Shown here one piece after another: positions 48,710 through 58,082 of a DNA stretch of 64,000 nt (its first letter is position 1; every line of letters starts with the position of its first letter). Both the position numbers and the translations under genes were made by a program. The notes below the pieces were generated by a model. That model ran no database searches, was not told the DNA's origin, and saw nothing but the letters and a program-made list of their open reading frames with translations. Source of the DNA: Promethearchaeota archaeon (lineage in GTDB: Archaea; Asgardarchaeota; Lokiarchaeia; Sigyniarchaeales; SOKP01); NCBI GenBank assembly GCA_019057795.1, contig JAHLWS010000060.1, positions 1 to 64,000 on the forward strand, written 5' to 3'.

Positions 48710-49657
48710 ATGTTAAAAAAAATTGCTGAATGTATTAAGAATAATAGCAACATAATTGAAAAAAAAAGCATTGATCCAGTAGTTCAATTCATAAATTTAA
48801 ATTCTTTTAAAAGTTCTCGTATTTTTTCAGACATAGGGGAAGATTCTGCCGCAATTAAGAACGATAATGGGTTGTACACATTAGTAACAACGGATCGGAT
48901 TAAAACTACTTTTATAGAGAAGTTTCCATTTGGCGCTGGCTTTAGTTCCATCTTGGTTGGAGTAGATGATATTTATGCGTGTGGAGGGACGCCATTAGCG
49001 GCAAGCTTGATAATCTCCTTTAAAGAACAAAAGATTGGGCAAAAAATTATTGAAGGTGTGTGCGCTGGCTCGAAAAAATTTAATGTTCCTATAATTCGGG
49101 GTCACACGAATATGAAAAAGCATTACGAACTAAGTACAGCATTAATTGGTGAAATCAAAAAAGAAGATTATATATCTGCAAAAAATGCACAACCAAACGA
49201 TAATGTCATTTTAGCTGTAGACTTTGAAGGTCGAATCGGGAGAGCAAGCAATTTACATTGGGATACAACTACGTTTAAGGATTCTGAAATAGTTTTGAAT
49301 AAAAGAAAATCTATGAATGTTATTGGTCAAGAACATCTTGCCAATTCGTCAAAGGATATATCTAACGGAGGCGTGTTTGGAACTATTTTACAACTAATTC
49401 AATATTCTGAAGTTGGCGCGGAAATAAATATTGAAAAGATTGTTATTCCTCCAAAATTAATAGAGAAGGGGTATGATTTGGAGACTTACATTAAAATGTT
49501 TTTAACCACTTCATATATTTTAACCGCTCCTGATGAAAAGTCTCAACAAATAATCAAAATTTTTAAAGACCATAATGTGTCCGCAAATTTGATTGGAAAA
49601 ATTACTAAAAAAGCGGGATTAAAAATAAATAATGGTAAAGAATCTTTAGATGTTTAA
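48710..49657 (+). CDS. AIR synthase-related (PurM/ThiL/HypE fold) protein, sll0787/methanogenesis marker 2-like
   Basis: IGEDSAAI, VDDIYACGGTP, RGHT and SKDISNGG. Confidence 0.8.
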   Translation: MLKKIAECIKNNSNIIEKKSIDPVVQFINLNSFKSSRIFSDIGEDSAAIKNDNGLYTLVTTDRIKTTFIEKFPFGAGFSSILVGVDDIYACGGTPLAASLIISFKEQKIGQKIIEGVCAGSKKFNVPIIRGHTNMKKHYELSTALIGEIKKEDYISAKNAQPNDNVILAVDFEGRIGRASNLHWDTTTFKDSEIVLNKRKSMNVIGQEHLANSSKDISNGGVFGTILQLIQYSEVGAEINIEKIVIPPKLIEKGYDLETYIKMFLTTSYILTAPDEKSQQIIKIFKDHNVSANLIGKITKKAGLKINNGKESLDV

Positions 49658-49730
49658 TCTAATCGATAAGAAGTAAGCTACGAGAAGCGCTATATATCCC
49701 ACATTAAACGATAATTCTCGTTATTAACCT

Positions 49731-49928
49731 TTATTTAAGATTTGACAGGCTAAAAATCTGTTTCGGAATAAAGGTATTACATCTCGGACATTGATAAATC
49801 TCTTTTATATCTTTAGGTATATGAGGAACTTGTTCCATGATATGTCCACAAGTGGGACAGTAAATTGAAGAATTCTTTCGATGTGGGGCTATAAAAATAC
49901 TTGGTTTTAATCTATGTTTTGTTTCCAT
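49731..49928 (-). CDS. Small zinc-ribbon protein
   Basis: CPTCG...YQCPRC. Confidence 0.6.
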   Translation of the reverse strand: METKHRLKPSIFIAPHRKNSSIYCPTCGHIMEQVPHIPKDIKEIYQCPRCNTFIPKQIFSLSNLK

Positions 49929-50122
49929 ATAATATTATTATGATTTCGAACATTTAAGTTTTTACTTTCGATCATCAAGTGATCATTATGCAAAGTCTGA
50001 TGATCAATAAGCTCATTTTGAAAATAAATAATTTATTGGATACTTATCTTTCTAAAAAAATAAAAAAATAAAAATAGTCGAGCAATATAAGGAATTATAA
50101 AAAAAAAATATATTGAAATACA

Positions 50123-50683
50123 ATGAGTTTTAACTTCAAAAATAGAATTAAGGCAACTGTTTCTGTAATTGGTACTAGCCAAATCGATTCAAAAACGGAG
50201 GAATTAGCTATTGAATTAGGAAGATTGCTCGCTATAAACAATTTTGCTGTTGCGTGCGGAGGGCTATCTGGAGTTATGGAAGCTGTTTGCAAAGGAGCGA
50301 AACAAGAAGGGGGCTTCACGATAGGAATAATTCCTTTTAAAGATAAACATTTAGCAAATAAATATGTTGATGTTGTTATTCCAGTTCCGTTTTCTCAAGC
50401 GCGAAATATAGTTGTGGTGCTTAGTGGCGACGCAGTAGTCGCGATAGGTGGGAAAGCTGGCACCTTATCAGAAATATGTTTCGCTTGGATATACGAGAAA
50501 CCAATCGTCGCGCTAACTGGCGTAGTAGAAGGTTGGTCCTCTAAAATGGCAGGTAAAAAAATCGACGATAGAAGAAGTGATACGATATACGGAGCAAAAA
50601 CAGCTCAAGAAGCGGTTGAGAAATTAAACCAACTTTTTGAAAATGGGCCTAATACTAAGTACGGCATGCCAAATGAGTTTTAA
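50123..50683 (+). CDS. LOG-family nucleotide-binding protein (TIGR00725-like)
   Basis: CGGLSGVMEA, ARN and GG..GTLSE. Confidence 0.9.
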   Translation: MSFNFKNRIKATVSVIGTSQIDSKTEELAIELGRLLAINNFAVACGGLSGVMEAVCKGAKQEGGFTIGIIPFKDKHLANKYVDVVIPVPFSQARNIVVVLSGDAVVAIGGKAGTLSEICFAWIYEKPIVALTGVVEGWSSKMAGKKIDDRRSDTIYGAKTAQEAVEKLNQLFENGPNTKYGMPNEF

Positions 50684-50728
50684 AAAAGTTAAGCTCGTGA
50701 ATAAAATATTTGATAAGATATTTTTGAT

Positions 50729-50995
50729 GTGTTAAGAATGGTAAAAATTAGTGGAGGAGATGGTTTTTCTTTTAAAGAAGCTATAAAAATCTCAGATTGC
50801 AGTAATATCGAAGGCGTGGAACAGGAATACATTGAAGTTCGAAAAAGGTTCGGTAATTATCAATTAATTAGGCAGAGTTTACAAGACAAAAGTGGAAGAA
50901 TGTACGATGTATTGGAATTGAAATTGGAAGATGGTCGCGAAATTACTTTCTATTTCGATATTACAGACTTTTTCGGAAAGGGGTTTGAATTTTAA
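50729..50995 (+). CDS. Hypothetical protein
   Basis: GGDG.S...AI, QSL, YDVL and YFDITDFFGK; coding-like. Confidence 0.7.
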   Translation: MLRMVKISGGDGFSFKEAIKISDCSNIEGVEQEYIEVRKRFGNYQLIRQSLQDKSGRMYDVLELKLEDGREITFYFDITDFFGKGFEF

Positions 50996-51081
50996 TATAA
51001 AGCAAAAAAATTATTACCATATTTTTAGAATATCCCTTATTAGTCATAATCTTTATATGATTCATAAATTAAATATTAAGT

Positions 51082-51906
51082 ATGAGATCAAATCAGATTA
51101 TGAAGAAATATTCCCTAACGTTCTTTTTCATAATATCCTACTTAATAATGATTATTCCTGTTATTATTAGAGTGTTCGCTCCTCAAGTTATACCGATAGC
51201 ACTTTTCTGGATTTTGACTATTTGGAGTCCTACATTTTCTGCTATTATCGTGTCCGGATTAATCGGTGGTTGGGCAGAGATCAAAAAGCTATTTGGAGGT
51301 TTTTTAAGATGGAAAGTAGGAATTAAATGGTATATTGCTGGTTTTTTTCTTATGGTTGGTCCGCTGATTTTTAGTGGATTTTATATTCTATTTGGAGGTT
51401 CAGTGCCAGGACCAGTTCCAGGATTAACAATACCAATAATTCTTTCTAATTTGCTTTTCACTTTGGTTTCGGGCCCCTTAAGTGAAGAGGCAGGTTGGCG
51501 TGGATTTGCTTTACCAAAACTTCAATCAAAATTTAATGCAGTTTCCTCAAGCTTAATTCTAGGAGTTATATGGGCATGTTGGCACATTCCACTATACTTT
51601 ATCGAAGATCGGATCCCATTCTACATTTTTATATTCCTTGTGTTAGTCATTTCGTTTTTAATGACTTGGGGGTATAACAATACGAAAGGGAGTCTAATAA
51701 TCACGATTATCTTCCACTTTAGCTTTAATTTTAACGGAGCATTTATTACAGGATTATTTGGATTATTGCCTACGATGATATTCTATATAGGTGGAGGTGT
51801 TATGATCGGAATATATTTAATAGCGGTTGTAGTTTATGCTGGTCCCGAAAAACTTTCCCGCAAACCGGATTCAGAAATGCCTTATATCAAATTTAAAGAG
51901 GAATAA
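51082..51906 (+). CDS. CPBP (Abi/CAAX Rce1-like) intramembrane protease
   Basis: EEAGWRG, WACWH and H...N motifs. Confidence 0.92.
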   Translation: MRSNQIMKKYSLTFFFIISYLIMIIPVIIRVFAPQVIPIALFWILTIWSPTFSAIIVSGLIGGWAEIKKLFGGFLRWKVGIKWYIAGFFLMVGPLIFSGFYILFGGSVPGPVPGLTIPIILSNLLFTLVSGPLSEEAGWRGFALPKLQSKFNAVSSSLILGVIWACWHIPLYFIEDRIPFYIFIFLVLVISFLMTWGYNNTKGSLIITIIFHFSFNFNGAFITGLFGLLPTMIFYIGGGVMIGIYLIAVVVYAGPEKLSRKPDSEMPYIKFKEE

Positions 51907-52101
51907 AGTATAAACTAGTTTCAAAGCTTATGAACCCTCAATTCCTCTACTATAACCGGTTTAGTTTAATGAAATAAATAGTTGAAATTTAGCAACATAA
52001 TCGAAATATCGCTTTTCATTTTTAAAAAATGCTAAAGATTTTAATATTTAAGTTAAGGATAATTTTATAAGAATGTTTGATATCTTATAGAATATAAGAA
52101 T

Positions 52102-53091
52102 ATGGTTGTGAGATTTCAATTGACAATTCAATATTTATCAAAAGATAAAAAAGTTAAAAAGGAAGCTATAGCGTCACCTAGTAAAATTTTATTTACGGGT
52201 CTCGATAACGCAGGCAAAACAACAATTATTTATGCAATACAGAGGGAATTTTCGAAAATCGCGTTTCTAAAGCCAACAAGAGGTGCCCAAAGAAGGATTT
52301 TTGAATTTCTAGGTCGAGAAATAGCTGAATGGGACCTTGGAGGTCAATTTAGCTATAGAATAGCTTATTTAAAGAATCCAGGAAAGTATTTCGATGACAC
52401 TGAGATTGCAGTTTATGTAATAGATGTTCAAAATCACGCAAGAATGCCCGAGGCTATCAGTTATTTTAAAGACGTAGTAGAGCAATTTAAAAAGCTGGAA
52501 ATAGAGCCGAGCATCTATGTGTTTTTCCATAAATACGATCCTGCGTTAAGACGAAACGCTTTAAACGAAATGAAGGCCCTTGAAATAGAATTAAAAGAAA
52601 AAATAAAAAGTGTGGTAGATTATAAGAAAATCTTTTATTACAATACTTCAATCTACGATTTACCCACTATCATTAAAGCCATGTCTGAAATTCTTTTAAA
52701 TATATACCCTAAATCGGAATTAATTGAAAAAACAATCGTAGAATTTGGCAAAAAGACTTATTCTGAAGGTGTTGTTTTACTAGACGACAATAGTCTTATC
52801 GTAGGTAGTTATTACAAAGACGAGGAAACAAAGAATCTCCTCAGCGCTTCAACTCCCTATTTTTTAACCCTTAACGATAGCTTTGTTTTTACTAAAGCTC
52901 AACCAAGCCGCGAAGAAGAGGAAAATCACATGATTGTGCAAAGATATGGAAAGAATTTCATCTTCAAGCAGCTTTCTTTAAAAGACGACTCTACTCCGTA
53001 TTATTTACTTATGCTTAAACAAGATCCAAATATTAACAAAGAGGATTTTGATTGTTTTTCTAATTTATTAACAGAGATCCTATATAGTTAA
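52102..53091 (+). CDS. Arf/Rag-like GTPase with C-terminal roadblock-like domain
   Basis: GLDNAGKTT, PTRG, WDLGGQ, HKYD and TSI; C-domain VVLLDDNSLIVG. Confidence 0.85.
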   Translation: MVVRFQLTIQYLSKDKKVKKEAIASPSKILFTGLDNAGKTTIIYAIQREFSKIAFLKPTRGAQRRIFEFLGREIAEWDLGGQFSYRIAYLKNPGKYFDDTEIAVYVIDVQNHARMPEAISYFKDVVEQFKKLEIEPSIYVFFHKYDPALRRNALNEMKALEIELKEKIKSVVDYKKIFYYNTSIYDLPTIIKAMSEILLNIYPKSELIEKTIVEFGKKTYSEGVVLLDDNSLIVGSYYKDEETKNLLSASTPYFLTLNDSFVFTKAQPSREEEENHMIVQRYGKNFIFKQLSLKDDSTPYYLLMLKQDPNINKEDFDCFSNLLTEILYS

Positions 53092-53221
53092 CTCCTTTTA
53101 TTTTTAATTTGCTTTAGCTAACATTAATAAAATTGAATTTTTATACTTATAATTAGATAAAAACTTTATATATATGCGATAAAATTTCTGATTTTAAAAA
53201 CTGATAAAAGAGATAATCCCA

Positions 53222-54238
53222 ATGATCATTTGTTCTAATTGTGGTGCGACCAATAACGAGGAGAGCGGTCATATTTGTAGAAAATGCGGCGCTCTGCTCC
53301 CAACTTCCCACAGAACTCCAAGAATTAGACTTGCTCATAGTAAAAAGGATAAAAAAGAAGTAAAACCTCAGAAAAGAACTCCTGATGAGAAAAAAGTTTC
53401 TAAACCTAAACTAGATCATTTAGACTTACAAGAGATCCCAAAACCCGAAAAATTAAACGAAGTTGAGGATGTTCTTATTGAAACCCAAACCTCCTTCGAA
53501 TACGAAGATGTCGAAGAGTTCGTAGAAAGCGAACTGGAAGATGATGAAGAAGATACAGACGCTTTAAAAGAAATTACGCCTCAACCTTATAAAGGATCAA
53601 TTATTGCGGATAAAGGAGTTTTCGGACCATCCCGACAAGTTAGGAGACGTGCTGATACAAAATCACGGGTCGCTTCAAAAACAACCGTATCCCCATCTGA
53701 AAAGGAGTCTGTGCTTTTAAAGCAAAAGCAACTAGAAGAAGATATGTCAAAGGTATTGTCATTTTTATCTAAAAAAATAACAGTTAAGCCGTTAGAATCT
53801 ATAAAAAAACAAAAACAAGGTATTCAAGAGAAACCAGAAAAAAAAATACCTCCTTCCAGCATGAACGAAATTTTAAAGGATTTATTGAAGCTGGACCTAC
53901 ATATTGAAGCCTCCGCAATTATTAAAGGTGATGGTACGATTCTCGCTTCAGCAATTTCATCAAGAATTTCAGAAACTTTATTTGCAACAATTGGTCAGAA
54001 TTTATCCATGATTGGAGATGATATTATCAAGGGCTTAAGCGCTGGAACCTTGTTGAACATTTCCATAAGGGGAACTGATGGAGTTTTAGACCTCGCGCCC
54101 ATTGGTTCAAAAAAATCATTTGGAGATGACATGATTTTAATAATTCTTTCACATCCTCGCGTTAAATCAGGAATAATATATTTTGCTGTTAGTATCGTGA
54201 AAAAACAAGTAAAACAATATTTAGGATTATTAAAATAG
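53222..54238 (+). CDS. Zinc ribbon + charged linker + roadblock/LC7 domain protein
   Basis: CSNCG...CRKCG at the N-terminus; IEASAIIKGDGTILASA roadblock pattern at the C-terminus. Confidence 0.8.
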   Translation: MIICSNCGATNNEESGHICRKCGALLPTSHRTPRIRLAHSKKDKKEVKPQKRTPDEKKVSKPKLDHLDLQEIPKPEKLNEVEDVLIETQTSFEYEDVEEFVESELEDDEEDTDALKEITPQPYKGSIIADKGVFGPSRQVRRRADTKSRVASKTTVSPSEKESVLLKQKQLEEDMSKVLSFLSKKITVKPLESIKKQKQGIQEKPEKKIPPSSMNEILKDLLKLDLHIEASAIIKGDGTILASAISSRISETLFATIGQNLSMIGDDIIKGLSAGTLLNISIRGTDGVLDLAPIGSKKSFGDDMILIILSHPRVKSGIIYFAVSIVKKQVKQYLGLLK

Positions 54239-54261
54239 ATATACACTATCCTAATCTTATC

Positions 54262-55059
54262 TTATACTAACTGTTTTTGAACGATAACTCTATTAACTTC
54301 GATAGTTTTAAAATATTGTAAATTGATTCTTAATTCTTGCAAAAACGAATTAAAATTATCTATTCCTACTAATGGAACGTAATTTTCGTTAATTCTGATC
54401 CAATTTGATTCTAACGTAACCATAACGGGAATTAAGATAAATGGTAACCTTTTTCGAAAGTTAAATTTCATTCCTAATAGGTTCTGTATTAATTTTGATA
54501 GAATTTCAGGATTCTTTTTCAAAGCTATTACTCTTTGATATTGCAAATTTGCCGCTTTATTCATTGCACTGTAAGAATCTTTGCGTTTCCACTGCTTAGC
54601 ATCTATTACCAATATATAACTTTGATAAATGCCAATTACATCGATCTCATATCTTTTTTGAGATGTTTCATATTTGAGCTCAGATTTATCTGAAAACCTA
54701 AAATTTTTGGTTGTTTTATAATTGTTTTGAGATAAAATCTCTTTGATTAAAGCTTCAAAACCGTCGCTGTTTAATAGATATGACAATTGATTAATGTCTA
54801 ACTCTAAAAAATGAAGGCATCTCGTAATAAACACGATTTTATTTACTACTATGTAATGAACATAGTTTCCTTTCTGAATTGAGATAAAATCAAACTTATC
54901 TAAGAAATCGCGGAGTTCAAAATCGCTAAAATTTTTGAAAAATTCAATTTCTGATATCTCAAACCATATTTCGGTTACAGCTGAATCCGTGTCTTTTAAT
55001 AAGTTGTAAATCTCTAAGAAAAAACTCTTTATCGACGGCGAAGAATAAACCCTAGACAT
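54262..55059 (-). CDS. PD-(D/E)xK nuclease-like protein
   Basis: FE......L, EIDVIG and IDAKQW motifs. Confidence 0.75.
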   Translation of the reverse strand: MSRVYSSPSIKSFFLEIYNLLKDTDSAVTEIWFEISEIEFFKNFSDFELRDFLDKFDFISIQKGNYVHYIVVNKIVFITRCLHFLELDINQLSYLLNSDGFEALIKEILSQNNYKTTKNFRFSDKSELKYETSQKRYEIDVIGIYQSYILVIDAKQWKRKDSYSAMNKAANLQYQRVIALKKNPEILSKLIQNLLGMKFNFRKRLPFILIPVMVTLESNWIRINENYVPLVGIDNFNSFLQELRINLQYFKTIEVNRVIVQKQLV

Positions 55060-55101
55060 AATGTAAGTTAAGTTGATGCTTTTAATAAAGAAAGGAGAGT
55101 A

Positions 55102-55172
55102 ATGATATAATGATTAATAAAAAAGGTTAAGTACTAAGTATTTTAAAAAAATAAAACAAAAAGGGAAAAAAA
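55102..55172. repeat. About 70-bp direct repeat (downstream/terminator region); second copy about 58007-58077
   Basis: atgatataatgattaataaaaaaggttaagtactaagtatttt... present at both sites. Confidence 0.9.
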
Positions 55173-55178
55173 TAGAAT

Positions 55179-56420
55179 TTAAGATTTCTTTAGTTTTTTA
55201 CTTACAAGGATTGTAACGACGGAAAGAATGCCAATTAGAACGAATAGATTATATCCCGGGATTTTAAACTCAGGTCCATCGTCCCAAATCGGGAAATTGT
55301 CTTGAGAACTTGCCGTACCTGTAATATCATATGAAGTATCTCCTATACCGTCATCGTTAGCATCAACCCCAGGATAATCTGACCAATAATTACCTATTGT
55401 TCCATTATCCCATTGGTTATTATTCCCATTATCTTCAGCATTAGCGTCAAGATTATTAATAAATGTATTATTAAATATTAGATTATCATGGCCACCAGCA
55501 TGTATCAAAATTCCAGCTGTATTGTTAAATATTGTGTTTCCCGATATCGTGTTATTATTACCATAAAATAATTCTATCCCCACTTCTCCGTTGGAATTTA
55601 CATTGTTTCCCGAAATGGTATTATTATTAAAGTCTCCTAAATACATTCCCATTCTTGAGTTCCCTGTAATGTTGTTAAGGGATAGAATATTATTATTACC
55701 ACTTAATTCAATGCCATATAGTCCAGTTCCATAGCCACCATTGTTGCATGCGGTGTTTCTTGAAACATTGTTATTATCACCACCAATACTTATACCCACA
55801 ACTTTGTTATAACTCGCGATGTTTTCTGAAATGATGCTATAATTTCCCCCTAAACCCATTCCACTATTATTGTTATGATTTGCTGTGTTTTTGACAAAGG
55901 TGTTATTATCACCAATCATACTCATACCCGTATCGCTGTTATAACTTACGGTGTTTTCCGAAATGATGCAATTATTACAATCTTCTACCTGTATACCATA
56001 GTCGTTATAACTTGCATTATTTCCCGTAACGATGTTGTTATCACATGAATATATGTCTATTCCAATAAATGAATTATAAACCGTACAATTTTCAACCTTG
56101 AAATATACGCTTGAAAATTGAATCCAGATGCCAGTTCCCGAGCCTCCACCATCTATCACCAAGTCTTCTATGACATAAGGATCGGAATAGGTACCAGAGC
56201 CTGTGCATATTCCCGCAGTCACGGCATCAGTCCAATTATTGTAGATATGAATTTTTCCCGATACTTTAGAGATTTTCAAATTTTCGTCGTTAAAGTTAAT
56301 GACATTGCTGAAATCCGACTCTTTATTAACCGCAGTAAAAATAGGATTACTGTTAATTATGAGTAAGGATGCGAAAACGATTCCAATCGTAACACAAATT
56401 ATTTTATTTTTTCTTATCAT
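55179..56420 (-). CDS. NosD/CASH beta-helix surface protein with IPGY-TM-basic sorting signal
   Basis: Signal peptide, Asn-rich GI.L....NN.I.GN repeats, GNYWSDY.GVDANDDGIGD and IPGYNLFVLIGILSVVTILVSKKLKKS. Confidence 0.88.
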   Translation of the reverse strand: MIRKNKIICVTIGIVFASLLIINSNPIFTAVNKESDFSNVINFNDENLKISKVSGKIHIYNNWTDAVTAGICTGSGTYSDPYVIEDLVIDGGGSGTGIWIQFSSVYFKVENCTVYNSFIGIDIYSCDNNIVTGNNASYNDYGIQVEDCNNCIISENTVSYNSDTGMSMIGDNNTFVKNTANHNNNSGMGLGGNYSIISENIASYNKVVGISIGGDNNNVSRNTACNNGGYGTGLYGIELSGNNNILSLNNITGNSRMGMYLGDFNNNTISGNNVNSNGEVGIELFYGNNNTISGNTIFNNTAGILIHAGGHDNLIFNNTFINNLDANAEDNGNNNQWDNGTIGNYWSDYPGVDANDDGIGDTSYDITGTASSQDNFPIWDDGPEFKIPGYNLFVLIGILSVVTILVSKKLKKS

Positions 56421-56455
56421 TTTATTTCACCTAAAATTTTTGTTATTTAATCATT

Positions 56456-57775
56456 TCAATAAGATTTCTTTATTTTCTTACTTAAAACGATTGCTACAAT
56501 GGGTAGGATGCCAAGAAGAACGTATAGATTATATCCCGGGATTTTAAACTCAGGTCCATCGTCCCAAATCGGGAAATTGTCTTGAGAACTTGCCGCACCT
56601 GTAATATCATATGGAGTATCTCCTATACCGTCATCGTTAGCATCAACTCCAGGATAATCTGACCAATAATTTCCTAATGTACTACTATTCCAATTGTTAT
56701 TATTCCCATTATCTTCAGCATTAGCGTCAATATTATTAATAAACGTATTATTAAACACTAGATTATCAGAACAACCAGCGGATATCAATACTCCCGTGCC
56801 CGTGTTATCAATTATTTGATTTCCTTCAATAATATTTAGTCCACTCTGTCCATCAAGGAGAAAACCATAGTTGTTATATTTTACGAAATTTCTGGTAATG
56901 TTATTGGATAATGCGTTAGGGCCCGAATCGGAATTCCATAAATGTATACCATATCCCGAATTATTCACGACGTAATTTCCTGAAATTGTGTTGTTTGGTG
57001 TTCTCACAGAGATACCTTGGCTATTATAACTACAATTATTAGATAATACTAAGTTATTTGTACTGCTGGCTTGCATGTGTATTCCAAGCCATCCATTGAA
57101 ACTAACAGTATTATTAACAATTTCATTATAAGAACTATTAGGGTCTAAACTAATTCCCTTATTCCCATTATTATTGACAGTATTTTCCATAATGTAATTA
57201 TTACTACTCTCCATTAGATTCATGCCACATTCTGTATTACTATTAATAATATTCCCTTGAATGGTATTATTCTCACAAATTCCATCAAAAGTTATTCCTT
57301 CCCCATTAAATGAGCAATTGTTATTAATTAATTGTCCATTCTTTGTGTTGCTTAATAGAATACCGAACATATCCCGGATACTTCCCGAATCGTAGAGGGT
57401 ACAATTTTTAATCATAAAGTACACATTGGAATTTTCAATTACGATGCAACTATCCGAACCGCCATCTATTACGAAATCCTCTATGACATAAGGGGAAGAA
57501 TATGTACCATCACCGGTACATTTACCCGCCGCCTTAGTAGCAATCCAATTAAAACTTGGATTATCATCATCAATATAAATTGGTCCCGATATTTTTGAGA
57601 GTTTCAAATTTTGGTTGTCGAAATTTTCTGAATATTTATCGTTTATTCCCGCATTAAAACTGAGATAATTGGAAATTGTAGGTGATAAAGCGAATATGAT
57701 TCCCAGCGTGATTAAAATCAGTATTATTGATTTTGCACTTGATTTCATTTGAATTACTTTTCTTCGCATTTTCAT
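56456..57775 (-). CDS. NosD/CASH beta-helix surface protein with IPGY-TM-basic sorting signal
   Basis: Paralog of 55179..56420 with the same architecture. Confidence 0.88.
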   Translation of the reverse strand: MKMRRKVIQMKSSAKSIILILITLGIIFALSPTISNYLSFNAGINDKYSENFDNQNLKLSKISGPIYIDDDNPSFNWIATKAAGKCTGDGTYSSPYVIEDFVIDGGSDSCIVIENSNVYFMIKNCTLYDSGSIRDMFGILLSNTKNGQLINNNCSFNGEGITFDGICENNTIQGNIINSNTECGMNLMESSNNYIMENTVNNNGNKGISLDPNSSYNEIVNNTVSFNGWLGIHMQASSTNNLVLSNNCSYNSQGISVRTPNNTISGNYVVNNSGYGIHLWNSDSGPNALSNNITRNFVKYNNYGFLLDGQSGLNIIEGNQIIDNTGTGVLISAGCSDNLVFNNTFINNIDANAEDNGNNNNWNSSTLGNYWSDYPGVDANDDGIGDTPYDITGAASSQDNFPIWDDGPEFKIPGYNLYVLLGILPIVAIVLSKKIKKSY

Positions 57776-58019
57776 TTACCTTCTTTTTTTATCAAATTTC
57801 ATTATCAATTATAATTATATTTATTGATAACGATCAAATTTCTATTGTTGATTATGGAATATAAAGATTATGCTGAAATTAACCAGTAAATTTTTACTTT
57901 TACCGGTAAAGTAGGTAATAATTAGGTTAATATCCTTTATATACATTTTAGTCTATTAGGGAACAAATCAATTAATATTTTTGCCAATTAGGTTTAGTGG
58001 GTAATCATGATATAATGAT
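57710..58019. repeat. About 310-bp direct repeat (gene 5' end plus upstream region); second copy 59382-59691
   Basis: Near-identical sequence at offset 1672. Confidence 0.92.
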
Positions 58020-58082
58020 TAATAAAAAAGGTTAAGTACTAAGTATTTTTGAAAAATAAAACAAAAAGGAAAAAAATTATTT

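Noticed and set aside
48710-49657. Possible SelD, given the nearby selenoprotein
   Set aside because: Lacks the N-terminal Cys/Sec-x-x-Lys motif; fits the sll0787/marker-2-like AIR synthase family better.
2367-49657. Methanogenesis inferred from hdrBC, vhu, mtrH and marker-2-like genes
   Set aside because: No mcr or membrane mtr subunits in the window; these genes also occur in non-methanogenic archaea.
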